A stretch of 64,000 nucleotides of DNA from Macrostomum lignano (GCA_002269645.1 NIVC01002094.1:1-64000); one strand, 5' to 3'. Positions 14,401 to 27,339 are shown, counted from the first letter of the stretch. A program made the numbers and translations. Notes: generated by a model not told the origin, from the letters alone.

Positions 14401-16105
14401 ATCATTAAATTTTACTGCACCCCCAACACGCGGGGGTTTTATTAGCATTGAACCCAGAACACGCGGCGTCACCCACCCCTCCAAAACACAGCGACCCGCG
14501 GGAGGAGGTTGGGTTGGTTGTTTTTACAATTATGCCACTACCCCTCCACTGGAGAGGCAATGTGGCCAAAGAAGGTTAAGAAAACAGTTTTCTGCTTTTT
14601 TAACAGACTTAATTTTGAAAATTTCAACATTAAAATAGCCTATTTGTTGCGTAGGAAAATTCTGCATTGATATATATAAGTCCCGCATTTGAGTTGCCAG
14701 CCGTTTAGGAGGAGATACGCGTTAAACCCGGCCGGTCGATCGACCCACTCAGCTTTAGATATAAGAGATATAAGATAAGAGATAGATAGATAGAGAAGAT
14801 AGAAGATAATATAGAGAGAGATATACTCTCTTATCATCCACAGTAGTTATCATGCCAATGAAATGCATGGTGCCAACCATGTTGGGGAGAAGGCTCTAAA
14901 TCTTTAGATTTTCTTATGATGTTAAGTACACTACACCCATATACTAAAATGTAAGACTAACATTGTATTTCTCAATCGTGCCATCTTTCTAGAACCCATC
15001 AAACTATAGGAATTTGTGCAAAGCAATGGCTTACTAAAATACCATTGCATAAGATGATATGCTTCTAGAAGTCGCGGTTGGCGTGATATGCTTTTGGCGC
15101 GGCTCGACTTCAGCATTGTTGCTCATCATTGCATCACTTAAGTCCAATTGTCACATTTTTGGGCTTCCAGCATCAACTGGTTCGATAGTCTCAATTGGAG
15201 GCCATGAAAAGCAATGTCAGGCATGCTGGTGCCAATCTTGGAGAGGAATTTGCAGCCCACCTGATTGCCCTGTAGGAATTGTGCCAAGGGAACTCACACC
15301 AATCATTTTTGTCCAGCAGTAGCAGCCGAGTGTTACTGATCCAAATGGAACTCGATCACTACAACTGACATAATGCAACTGCCCAATTGCACTTTGCTGG
15401 CCGTAGCAGAAACCGCGCACTGGAGAAGCATCGCCCATGTTCCTCACCCTACAATATTGAGGTTTCGATCACCTCGGTGGTCTTGACGATGTAGGATGCA
15501 TCTTCATAGACATGCCATTGAACCTGGAATGCTATGCTGAATCTCAAAAGGCTGGCTAACGTTTTTTCAAGGGTTTAGTGCGGTGAGACTCCAAGTCTGA
15601 TAGATAATCCAATGTCAGCCAGTGTACGCCAACTTGATATAAGCAAATGAGCTTCACGGTAGTTGCCAATTGGTCTTGCCTTATTTTTTTAGGTCCTTCA
15701 TTTTTAAAACATCGAACATTGCAAGAATGCATTTCAAAAACAAAGAAGGAACATTTTGTATTTTCTCTATCAGTATGTTATTTATCCATACATTGCTGTT
15801 ACATTGCCTAAATACACTATATTATAAATATTCTTTGAGAGTCAAATCAAAACAGTTTAAAAGTTCACATTTCAGATCTTTACATGAGAGGATATAAGTC
15901 TTTTCTTGTTATTTACTCAGATGAAAGTGAAGTTCTTAACTTTTCTTAACTAAAGTTAATGTGCAAATGAAAGACGATGCCTGTTAAAACAAAGGCTGTA
16001 GCGCGTCAGCCAGCAAGCAGTTGAAGAACTTCAGTCACTCATCTCGAAGGCAGTGTGCAGTAGATTAGCCCCTAGGCTGTCGGTCGATGTCATCTGGTTA
16101 GTAGC

Positions 16106-16200
16106 TACTTACTTACTTACTACTGACGGGGGGCGCAGGCGCCGCAAATAGGCCACGAGGCCCCTATCGCAACCCTAAGGTAAAAGAGCACAAGGATAGT
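16106..16200 (-). mobile_element. Possible extreme 3' remnant of an RTE-type LINE
   Basis: The minus strand has a short GC-rich segment ending in a (TAAG)3 tail, a common RTE terminus. No RT motif remains. Confidence 0.3.
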
Positions 16201-17130
16201 AGCTAGAGCACAGCCATCTTCTGTATGTTGACAACCAAACCAATTGCCACCACAAAAGCAACCAGCCTGCCAAAGCTCTAAGGGTGGCGATGGCAAGCTA
16301 GGTCTAGGTTGCACTGAGTCGCAACATAAGTGGGTATAGGACATGGAATGCCATAATGCCTGTTATTAGATTAGACAAACATGAAGCATTGTTGGCCTGT
16401 ACAGGCTCAGAATGCAGGCAGGAACCAGGCAAGTGGTAGTTCAGGCATGGTATTGGCAGCTAGAACAAAGTATGTTGAAATAAAAGGTATTGATTACTTT
16501 CATCTAAAACTTTTCATAAACAATCAATCTCAAAAGTCAATAAACAGAATGATTTCAGATTTTCCTATACATTTGTTCTTGCAATCTTTAAAGATGCCAA
16601 TAATACATTTATATAGAAGAAATTATAATATTTTTAAATAAACAATGTCAAAAATGTGTCCAATGACTTTTTAGTTTTAACTCTAGTAAAAATATTGGTA
16701 TCGGCTATCTAGCTTATTGCTCAACATAGATTTTTAGCATCAAACAAAGGTGGTGCAATACATGTACAAAGTCTTACTGCAAGCATTTTGTTTGTATAAG
16801 AACTAAATCTAAGGTGTTAGAGCTTTTGTCAGCAGTAACAGTTGTGCAACTAGTGTTATTTATGAGAGAAAAGCTAATAGCTTCTAAAAATTAAAATAAA
16901 TTTTATGATTAAAAGTAAAATGCTTTGCTTTTAGTAATAAAAAGTAAAATGCATACTTGTAATTCTAGGCCCTCATATATTTATAAAAAAACATTGAGAC
17001 AATAATAATTCTTCTATTTACTTCTCTGAGGCAGTATGCATTCAGGTCGTCAATGTCATTACATAATTTGAATGCAAAATGGTATGCAGCACTCAAGTAA
17101 AAACAGGAAACAGATGAAACAGCTGTCTAT

Positions 17131-18786
17131 CAAGGACGACTTAAGTAAAAGGACGGGAAACCTCGTTTCTTAGAAAATTTTTGAAGGCACTTTTTCCCGA
17201 AAAAATACACTACGGAGATAGGAAATTTTCATTTTTTCAGCACAAAAATTGCTATTACTTTTGATAGGAGGCAGATCCAGTGCTCATCTTTTGATATGTT
17301 TTGCCTTTTTTATTGCTTTATCGATATTCATAAAGCTTTTCGTTCAGAAAATTAGGATTCTATGTAAATTTTTTATTCTCCGTATCAAGGACGACTTAAG
17401 TAGAAGGACGGGAAACCTCGTTTCTTAGAAAAGTTTTGAAGGCACTTTTTCCCGAAAAAATACACTACGGAGATAGGAAGTTTTCATTTTTTCAGCACAA
17501 AAATTGTTATTGCGTTTGATAGGAGGCAGATCCAGTGTTCATCTTTTGATATGTTGTGCCTTTTTTATTGCTCTATCGATATTTTTAAAGCTTTTCGTTC
17601 AGAAAATTAGGATCCTATGCTAATTTTTTATTCTACGTATATTTCCTGTATCTAAAAATCACAAAAATGCATGACACAGCTCCAATATTTGGTTTTATGA
17701 ACCTATTTTATCATCTCTGTTACAAATATTTGCTACACAGTCGGGTAAGAATGATAAAAAAGACTCATGAAGCTAAAGAGCCGAGCCATGGCATTCTAAT
17801 GTATTTCAAGCACAAGACACGCGAAAATATACGTAGAATAAAAAATTAACATAGAATCCTAATTTTCTGAACGAAAAGCTTTATAAATATCGATAGAGCA
17901 ATAAAAAAGGCACAACATATCAAAAGATGAACACTGGATCTGCCTCCTATCAAACGCAATAACAATTTTTGTGCTGAAAAAATGAAAACTTCCTATCTCC
18001 GTAGTGTATTTTTTCGGGAAAAAGTGCCTTCAAAACTTTTCTAAGAAACGAGGTTTCCCGTCCTTCTACTTAAGTCGTCCTTGCTCCGTATATTTTCACG
18101 TGTCTTGTGATTGAAATACATTAGAATGCCACGGCTCGGCTCTTTGGTTTTATAAGTCTATTTTATCATTCTTAACTGACTGTTTAGCAAATATTCGTAA
18201 CAGAGATGATAAAATAGATTCATAAAAGCAAATATTGGAGCTGTGTCATGCATTTTTGTGATTTTCAGATACAGGAAATGTTCGTAGAATAAAAAATTGA
18301 CATAGAATCCTAATTTTCTGAACGAAAAGCTTTATAAATATCGATAGAGCAATAAAAAAGGCACAACATATCAAAAGATGAACACTGGATCTGCCTCCTA
18401 TCAAACGCAATAACAATTTTTGTGCTGAAAAAATGAAAACTTCCTATCTCCGTAGTGTATTTTTTCGGGAAAAAGTGCCTTCAAAACTTTTCTAAGAAAC
18501 GAGGTTTCCCGTCCTTCTACTTAAGTCGTCCTTGATACGGCGAATAAAAAATTTACATAGAATCCTAATTTTCTGAACGAAAAGCTTTATGAATATCGAT
18601 AAAGCAATAAAAAAGGCAAAACATATCAAAAGATGAGCACTGGATCTGCCTCCTATCAAAAGTAATAGCAATTTTTGTGCTGAAAAAATGAAAACTTCCT
18701 ATCTCCGTAGTGTATTTTTTCGGGAAAAAGTGCCTTCAAAAATTTTCTAAGAAACGAGGTTTCCCGTCCTACTTAAGTCGTCCTTG
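17131..18786. mobile_element. Non-autonomous foldback DNA transposon (1656 bp), P-superfamily-like, with ~700-bp modular inverted arms
   Basis: Termini are CAAGGACGACTTAAGTA ... TACTTAAGTCGTCCTTG. An 8-bp TSD CTGTCTAT lies at 17123-17130 and 18787-18794. The layout is U1-U2-spacer-[U inverted]-spacer'-U2'-U1' with ~254-bp U units, and diagnostic SNPs are mirrored across the arms. Confidence 0.85.
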
Positions 18787-20653
18787 CTGTCTATATGTTT
18801 TCAGTATATTTCAAGCAGCGCCTTCAAGTCGAAAAATTAATTTTTTTATTTTTGCACCTTGAATGTAGATGCCAATGGCAACGATGACATTACCAGTGTA
18901 CGACGGTGGACAGTGTCAAATTCGTTTAAATACTTTATGGATTTTTCAAGCATAAAATTTGTGATTTTTATTGTAATTTTTATTTACTAACCTGGTATAT
19001 TCATATCTAATGTAATCGATACTTAAGTTTGTTTTAATCGTATCTCAAAATGAATTATTTTGAAAGTAATTATTGTGTCTTTTTTTACCGTCTGGCATTC
19101 GCGGCTCTAGCATTGTCTTGTGGACCGATCAAACTCGATCTATTACGCGCTAGACTAAAGGCCCTTCATTATATACTACTGTGTTTGACCACTACAGAAG
19201 TCCACTCCTTCGTCTGTAAAGCGATCCTTTCAATTAAATAAAAATAAATTATACATTCTCAGCTAAAACTAAAAAACCCACTACGACTACTGATCGCTTC
19301 GCCTTCGTCACATTTAATGGAGGTCCCACCGATCAAACCGACTCGGGTCGACACTGCAATTCCAAGCCCCAGATCATTGTGAGAGGAAGCAATAGTGATC
19401 CACCGCTGCACTTTTCCTGAGTATGTCAGATTCAAAAGCGACGATCGACGCACCAATGACGGCCTTCAACTATGGCATCAATTCGTGTAGAACCAGGTCT
19501 ACCCAGCTGTCTGTACGAGCTGATTCTGGTTCTGGGCTACGCAATTCTTTGGAGGAGAGGTGGCGGGCCGAGAGAGCTGGCGTGCGCTGTGTACCTCTGA
19601 GTCATCACTCCACCTCAAGTCGATCGCTAGGTGTTTGCGCGCCCACCCCAACTTCAATCCAATCGCGGCCTGAATCGCGCTACCTGCTATGCCAGTGTGA
19701 CGTCGGCTTAAGCTGTTAGTTTGTACCGTCGAGTGCAGATAAGTTGCCATTTTTTATTGTGCATGCACGTATGGCTGCATTTCATGTACATTTTATTTCG
19801 CGCGTTGAAGTCTGACATAATCGTTTTCTGAATGCTGAATGCTGTGATTTTCACTTGTTTTTTATCACTTGCATAGATCTTTGCATAGACTTTTTCCACT
19901 GAGAATTTTGTACTATCCTTGGTTATTTTGCAGTTGCTGTCACCTAATAAGTTGTGCACGTATTTCAGTATTCAATAACTGTTTACAAATACTTGTGTAC
20001 TGCAATACGTTAAATTCTATTTTCATCATTCCTGCATGTATTTTTATATTTGCTGTTATAGCAGTCTGTTCCTTGTTTCGTTTTCACCTTCATTCTCTTC
20101 ACTTCTTTTTTGAGCGTGTGAAACATCCCATTTGTTGCGGTGCCGGCCCTCGAAAGTCTGACACCATAGGCGTTTTTCAGCGTTCTTTCTTTTTTATGTG
20201 CCTGTTTTTTCTGCGCCACTGTGCGCGTGTCTGGGCGGCTTCTGCGTCCCATCGGGGGCGCGCCCGTGCGGTCCACCGGGACCGGCCCAGCTGCAAGTGG
20301 ACTCACGATGGTCTTGGGGCGCACCAATTGTACGGTCGCCCCAACGTCGCGCGACTTCCGCTGGGCGACCCCATAAAATAGATTTGGACAGAGAATCCTT
20401 ACAATCTACTTGCAGTAGTAAGCTATGAATATGCAACATGAAAGGCTTTAAAGCCTTCCGTTTAGCCTTTTATCCCTTGTTCATTTTCTCGGTTTTGAAA
20501 GCAATAACGGAACATTTGTTTTCCCTTTTTCTTTCACTTCTTAATTTGAAAGTCGATTTTGCAATAAGTAATTTGTAGCTGACTAAATAGCTTAAGTTAC
20601 AATTGTATTAAAAATGAATTTTTATGGAGCATATATTTGCATTCAGGGACATA

Positions 20654-21847
20654 TCAAAGCGTGTAGAAATAAAATTCATCAAAGTCGCTGAAACTGTCAT
20701 CACCAGCATTAGGTTTCTCATTTGAAGAACTCTCAGTCTCAAGAATGTAGGCGCACCTCCTGTTTGCTATTGGTTTGCCAGCCAATGGTTCAAATGTGGC
20801 AAATGTTGTTCGTCTTTGTTGTGGACGCAGCTGCTGCTGCTGCCCCTTCGTTTGTTGCTGCTGGCGCTGCTGCTGCCCCGGCATTCGTGGCTGCTGCTGC
20901 TGTCCTGGCGTTCGCAGCTGCTGCTGCTGTCCCGGCGTTCGCGGCTGCTGCTGCTGTCCCGGCGTTCGTGGCTGCTGCTGCTGTCCCGGCGTTCGCAGCT
21001 GCTGCTGCTGTCCCGGCATTCGTGGCTGCTGCTGCTGTCCCGGCGTTCGTGGCTGCTGCTGCTGTCCCAGCGTGCGTGGGTGCTGCTGCTGTCCCGGCGT
21101 TCACAGCTGCTGCTGCTGTCCCGGCGTGTGTGGGTGCTGCTGCTGTGCCTGCTCCGGCGTGCGTGTTGCTGCTGCCACCCAGACGCTTGCTGCTGCCGGC
21201 TGTTCTCGGTTGTTGTCGGTTGTTGCTCTGCCTGCTTCTCTTGTCTCTGCTGGATGCCAATGAGATCGAGGCGGTCGGCGGCGTGCTTTAGCATATTCAA
21301 ACACGTTTTCCTCACTCTCTGGCGGTGGAACACCTGGTGGTCTCTCGGCTGGTCAGAGGGAGAACTTGAGAAGTCTCCGTAGATCGTGTTCATGGCATCT
21401 GAAATGTGTGCATAGCAGCATAGTTAGTATTTTAGTTTCCTGCTAATAGAAATACATTGTCATCAAATTTCCTAAAGATTTCTTATTTCTGTAAAGTTAC
21501 AAACTATTGCCTTTTCTTACGTGGCTACTTACAGTAGTTTTTTAAGAAGAAGTGTAGAAGTGTAGCACTAAAGTAGAATAGCTAGTATCAATCTCAATAA
21601 CAACCGGGAGCTAATATAATCTCATTCCACGTTTTAGGCCTACTCAGTAGTCAGTACTCACCTGAACGAAATATGCTGGAAACTCCTCCTCCTCGTACCG
21701 AGATTGGCAGACCCATCGCTCCGTTATGTGTCGCTGTTCTAACCATTCAGACCTAGAGAGGTCTTGTAACTCACTTGGGAGGGTTAAGCTTTCAATGGGA
21801 ATTTTGACAACTTGACAGTCATATTTAAAAACTACAATAAACTTCAT
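20654..21847 (-). pseudogene. Possible decayed or frameshifted gene with a Gln-rich repeat
   Basis: A plausible first exon at 21847-21662 (MKFIVVFKY...FPAYFVQ) ends in CAG|GTGAGT. An acceptor TTTCAG| opens at 21398. The downstream Q-rich text switches frames and has a stop at ~21101. The splice phases do not join directly. Confidence 0.3.
20830..21150. repeat. 27-bp CTG/CAG-rich minisatellite (gctgctgctgctgtcccggcgttcgtg)
   Basis: About 11 tandem units; 9-aa periodicity in all six frames. Confidence 0.9.
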
Positions 21848-22239
21848 TGCTACTGAGCAAGTGAAGTGAAGCTTAGAGGAAGTGATAAGTGAAGTTTCGA
21901 TGTAGAAGCAGAAAAGTTTAAAGAGTTTTTTGTAGCGAAGCTTCGAGTCGGGATCTGGTGAAGCTCTTTCCTATTATTTATCCTATTGGCTGAATTTGTA
22001 TGCCACCCATGTGCTCCCTACCAGCCCTCTTCCCCATTCCTTTCTATTCTCACCCCAAACAACCCGCCACCACCCGCACTCGCTCCCCTCCCCACCCCAC
22101 TCCCGAGTGTTATTCGAGTGTGCTTTTTTCCATAGAGATCTAGAACTAGAACCTAGATCTAGATCTAGATTTCCTTTTCTTTTTCCCTCACTTCCTTTCC
22201 TCCCTCCCCTCTTAAGTCTCCTGCAAGTTGGCCACAACC

Positions 22240-22585
22240 CACAGACCATATAGAATATAGACTGCAAATCTCGGGGGCCCGCCCAGGAGCGTTGTGGGAC
22301 CAAAAAGCAACACAAAAATGGTCCTTCCACCAAATCTCCACTTTGATTGACTTTTGCGAGATATTTTTTGCAAAGAAATATTTTTGCCTCCCCGGGGGTT
22401 TGAACCCTTTATAATGAGTAAATTTCAAGCACTGGCCCGCTTGAAAAAAGAGACAGCCTCATTTTTGTACAACGATCGAATGATCGAAGTGGAGCTTTAG
22501 GACCATTTTTTGTGTTGCTTTTCTGTCCCACAACGCGCCCGGGCAGGCTCCCGAGATTCACAGTCTATATTCTATATGGTCTGTG
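22240..22585. mobile_element. 346-bp MITE, P-superfamily-like
   Basis: A perfect 25-bp terminal inverted repeat CACAGACCATATAGAATATAGACTG extends imperfectly to ~100 bp. An 8-bp TSD CCACAACC lies at 22232-22239 and 22586-22593. Confidence 0.9.
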
Positions 22586-23539
22586 CCACAACCCCCCACT
22601 CAGACCCCAGTTTGTTGTGTGTGCTCGTTTTCCAGTCTAAATATTATAAAGCATTCTTCCACTTTATTTGCAAGCTTGGCTAGAGATAACATCTGTCCAA
22701 CGGCAAACAATACTATGGGACCCTAAGTAAAAAATTTATTGCAATGCCCCTTCCCTGGTTTGCCTCTTTGTTCACTCCACCCCAGGCTTTCTTCCCTGGG
22801 ACAGGGCTAGTGGTGGCAGGCAGGGACTCCTGGGCCCGCTTCGCTTAGGGGGACATGACACACATTTTGGGGCTTGACAATTGGAGGCCGATCTCTCGAA
22901 ATAGGAAGAATAAGGAGAGGCCGGGGAGAGGTGGACAAAGCGCTAGCTAAACTGCTTGTATATCTATCCCCCTATCTGTATACATGTGCATTTGGCTGTT
23001 AACAATGGGAGGCACGAAGGAGGCCGATCCCAAAGAGGGATGAAAATGCTTTGAAAGATAGGAGAGAAAATCAAGGAAGCACACCGTACAAAAAGCTCAC
23101 ACTGTACAAATGCGTGCAAAGTTTTGGATGAATGAGTCAGTCAGACTTGTAAGTTAATATTTTAAATTTTTAAGAATACGCACAGCACAGATTTCAAGTT
23201 CTACTGTCTTTCTTAACCAAACAGAATTCTGTTGTGGAAGGAATCTGTTGCAAATATTGACCACCGAAAAAAACAGTCAAAGCACTTTGCTGCGCATCGC
23301 ATCGCATCGATGTCTCAGGTGGGAGTACTTCCACGCCCTATGCAACCCAGTTACAAATTTTGCTTCTGTCAGCCGTGTGGCCTTTGCCAAGGCGCTGGAA
23401 GGAAGCGGGCCCAGGAGTCCCTGTGGCAGGCCAAGGAATCCTCTATACCAAAGCCCTTTCTCTAGAAATGCTTCAAAGAAATAGTTTAGGTAGAAATAGG
23501 TATAGAGGATTCCTTGGACAGGCCTACTCAAAGGATGGG

Positions 23540-23783
23540 GGCATCACAAACCCGAAAAATCACAACTCCGAAAAGCGCTTTTCATCATAAACCCGAAATA
23601 TCATAAACCCAAAATATCACAAACCCAAAATATCTTAAACCCGAAATATCATAAACAAGAAATATCATAAACCCGAAATATCACAAACAAGATATATCAT
23701 AACTCCGAAAATTCTAGCAATGTCCAACACTATTTTGGTTTTTGAAGTTATGATATTTTGGGTTTGTGATACTTTGGGTTTAT
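23540..23783. repeat. 16-bp subrepeats (atatcataaacccgaa) followed by a few inverted copies; probable decayed foldback/MITE arm
   Basis: About 10 direct units, then reverse-complement units (ttgggtttgtgata) at ~23740-23783. Confidence 0.65.
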
Positions 23784-24257
23784 ATATCTGGAAAGCAGAT
23801 TAAGCTAGAGGCACGATTCTTTCTGCGGGTGACACCGACTGGCTCACTCTAATGATGTGTAAAATCCCATATCTGAGTCTATTGATACAGCTTGGCAATT
23901 TCTGATTGATTTTCCTGGATTTCTACATTTAAATGTATAGGAATTTCCCGGAATCTCCGCCTGCGAATATCTGGAAAGCAGATTAAGCTAGAGGCACGAT
24001 TCTTTCTGCGGGTGACACCAACTGGCTCACTCTAATGATGTGTAAAATCCCATATCTGAGTCTATTGATACAGCTTGGCAATTTCTGATTGATTTTCCTG
24101 GATTTCTACATTTAAATTAAATGTATAGGAATTTCCCGGAATCTCTGCCTGCGAATATCTGGAAAGCAGATTAAGCTAGAGGCACGATTCTTTCTGCGGG
24201 TGACACCAACTGGCTCACTCTAATGATGTGTAAAATCCCATATCTGAGTCTATTGAT
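23784..24257. repeat. ~185-bp tandem repeat, 2.6 copies
   Basis: Units begin atatctggaaagcagattaagc at ~23784, 23967 and 24155 and are nearly identical. Confidence 0.9.
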
Positions 24258-24782
24258 GTGCGGGGATGAGGTGGGAAACAGTGGGGGGGTAATGGGGGGA
24301 CAAAAAAATTAATGAGCTATCTTAGATTGTGTTAGATTACCCGTGGGTGATCTATTAGACTGCTTGCTCTTTCCCGTGTCCCCAACTGTAGTACTTTTTA
24401 AGTAGCATTTAACGTATATTGATATTGCCCTGTGTTTGACGGCCCTGGGTTTAGGAAAAATATAAGAAGAACATAACAATTTTCTGTGAAGGCACATATT
24501 ACCCGTAGCTTTCAAAATGGAATCTCTCTATGCAATTTATACCATTTGGAACACTTCCTAGCGCATGATAATTTAAGGCTACAATAGAAATTGCGAATGC
24601 TAAATCTAAGGGTGCATGGCGTCCAGTGGGCGAACTTGGAGCGGATAACAGTAGGGACAGCAAAATCAGAATACAGTAAAATGTAGAATTATATAATTTT
24701 TCCTAAATACCTGTTATTCCAAAACACGATCGAAGACGCTTCGATGCAAAACATTTTAGCCTATATACTATTCCCGACACGA

Positions 24783-24815
24783 GGCGACTCGGGGCAACGG
24801 TCGCCCCGAGTCGCC
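24783..24815. other. Perfect GC-rich hairpin (13-bp stem, 7-nt loop)
   Basis: GGCGACTCGGGGC-AACGGTC-GCCCCGAGTCGCC in otherwise AT-rich DNA. Confidence 0.85.
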
Positions 24816-25478
24816 AGATTTTCTTTTTCCACTGGGCTAAGATTCAAGATGATATGATGAGATTTGAAATGAGATACTTCTATACTATAGATAGTCTCCT
24901 AAGGTCCGTTGCAGTCCATGGCATGACCAAGATGGCCACAGTTTATTTAAATATCTAAATAGATAATATAATGTCTATTTCCTTACTATAATAGGTCACA
25001 ATTTGTCTGAAGGTATAAATCTTCTATAAGTCCTAAAGATAGGCCTATAATATGTATATATAAACATAAACTGAGTTTATTTTTTGGGCCATATAGGGTT
25101 TTTTGGCCCCTTGAAAATCTTATTGGCAACTAGATTTTTGGCATCAGAGGCCAATCTGGCAACTTCATTTTCTAGTGCCAGTTGCCAATTTCAAAAAATG
25201 ATTTTGTAAATGTAGAGTTATATAGTTATGAATATAAGGGATGTGTATATTTATTAACTAGCTTAAATTAAATTAAGGGGGGCCCAAAAGTTTCTATTCC
25301 ATACCAGTCCAAATGCTTGCTGCTGGCTAAAGGTTTAAAGATAACTTCTTTCCATAGCTTTGAGAGTTAGGCCTAACAGTGACTAGTCAAGTTTTTGCCC
25401 TATGTAGGATGGCAAGAGAGTGGCTACTAGTCATTCAAAGTGGGTTGCCATCTTTGAACTGTTAGATCTATCCTTAAA

Positions 25479-25600
25479 TCCTAATAACTAAAAATGGTCT
25501 GTCTATGTCTATCTATCTATCTATCTATCTATGTGATCGATTAGAGAAAAAAATGGCTCAACCAATTTTGTTCAAACTTGCACCATTCAATCAGAATTTT
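25479..25600 (+). mobile_element. 5' end of a Helitron-like non-autonomous element
   Basis: A|TCCTAATAACTAAAAATGG followed by (TCTA)n and ggctcaaccaattttgttcaaactt, resembling the family at 29558. The 3' end was not located. Confidence 0.4.
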
Positions 25601-26149
25601 TTCTGTGACGGTATATGCATCGTGGCTAAGAAATTGCTCAATGCTAAAGGGATTAAATATTTGAATAACATGCTTTTTTGCAAAGGTCAAGCATTGAAAT
25701 GCATTGTAAGAATGCTAGCAGAAAAACTGACTGGTTGAATTCTGATTCTAAAATAGATTGCAATCACAATACACTTTATTTATCGTCTGTGTACTGGCTA
25801 AATTTGACACTCAATTGAATTGCGTCACAGCTTTGAGTGTGAAAGCGTAGCGCAGTACTCAATTTATATTATGTAACTATATTGTTAACTTTCATAGATA
25901 CTGGTACTGACTTGCCTAAGAAATTGATTATGTCATAACTGCTTTGTGACTTTTTACTATACCTGACTTGGCGTGAGTGTTGAATTATATAAGTGGTACA
26001 AATTCACTGATAACTTCGATGAGAGCTAGCCTAGAGCTGAACAGACCAGACTGCTAATGCAGCAACCTAGGTTCAAATCTAAGTAGTTTTAAAGTAGAAG
26101 TGTAAAATTTTTTATTAAAAGCTTTTATTAAAGGACTAAATAAAAATAC

Positions 26150-26910
26150 TTTAGATTACTGCACTTGATAAGCCAAGGATTATTGGTCTTAATAAACCAA
26201 GGATTACTGCACTTGATAAGCCAAAGATTATTGCTATTAATAAACCAAGGATTACTGCACTGCACTCAATAAGCCAAGGATTATTGCTATTAATAAACCA
26301 AGGATTAATGCACTTGATTAATCAAGGATTATTGCTATTAATAAACTAAGGAAATGCACTTGATTAATCAAGGATTATTGCTATTAATAAACCAAGGATA
26401 ACTGCACTTGATTAATCAAGGATTATTGCTATTAATAAACCAAGGATAGTTGCACGTGATTAATCAAGGATTATTGCTATTAATAAACCAAGGATTAATG
26501 CACTTGATTAATCAAAGATTATTGCTATTAATAAACCAAGGATTACTGCACTCGATAAACCAAAAACTATTGCTCTTGGCAAACCAAGTATTATTGCGCT
26601 CAAGAAGCCAAGGACTATTGCTATTAATAAACCAAGGATTACTGCACTTAGAAAACCAAGGAATACTGCACTCAATAAGCCAAGGATTACTGCATTCGAT
26701 AAGCCAAGGATTATTGGTCTTAATAAACCAAGGATTACTGCACTCAATAAGCCAAGAATTATTGCTATTAATAAACCAAGGATTACTGCACTCAATAAGC
26801 CAAGGATTATTGCTATTAATAAACCAAGGATTAATGCACTTGATTAATCAAGGATTATTGCTATTAATAAACCAAGGATTACTTCACTCAATAGCCAAGG
26901 ATTACTGCGC
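26150..26910. repeat. 24-bp minisatellite with two alternating monomer types (48-bp dimer)
   Basis: aaccaaggattattgctattaata / agccaaggattactgcactcaata units; 8- and 16-aa periodicity in the spurious ORF. Confidence 0.9.
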
Positions 26911-26949
26911 TTGATAAGCTTGGCTACATTTATAGGATTATTTCTATCC

Positions 26950-27339
26950 AGAGATGCTTGCTATTTAGGGATTCTTGCTATGTGCAGGATGCTTGCTATC
27001 TGGAAGGATGCTTCTACAATATTTGGGGAATGCTTGCTATGTGGAAGGATGCTTCTACATTATTTGGGGGATGCTTGCTATCTAGAAGGATGCTTTTATA
27101 TTATTTGGGAGATGCTTGCTATCTGGAAGGATGCTTCTACATTATTTGGGGGATGCTTGCTATCTGCAAGATGCTTGCTATCTGCAGATGCTTGCTATCT
27201 GGGTGGATGCTTGCTAGGAGTATTAGGGTATACATGCGCAACCTTGGGAATCACCCGGCCATTTCTATTGGCAACACATACATGTAAGTTGCTATTGGCT
27301 GAGAGCAGTCACGTGACTATTATTCCATCCAATAGCGAC

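Larger units (their letters stand above)
1..14766 (-). mobile_element. Head-to-tail tandem array of non-autonomous Helitron-like (rolling-circle) elements, units of 1.2-2.8 kb, several subfamilies; runs off the left edge
   Basis: A recurrent junction occurs at ~797, 2019, 4794, 7099, 9570, 10933 and 12427. On the minus strand it reads CTCCTCC-GAA-GGAGGAG hairpin + TTCCA/TTGGC + CTCG, followed directly by TCTTAATACTAAA / TCTTATATCTAAA and a (TG)n/(TCTG)n microsatellite. A 5' TC, a 3' hairpin and tandem arrays are Helitron hallmarks. Against: there is no Rep/Hel ORF and the 3' end is CTCG rather than CTRR. Confidence 0.6.

Noticed and set aside
15010-15670. GC-richer island with faint resemblance to a hAT transposase (CILHRQ, IMSVVV, YRAIRW on the minus strand)
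   Set aside because: The fragments are in different frames and in inconsistent order; this cannot be supported without a translated search.
19200-20440. Several short ORFs in GC-richer sequence
   Set aside because: No recognisable motif or coherent splice model.
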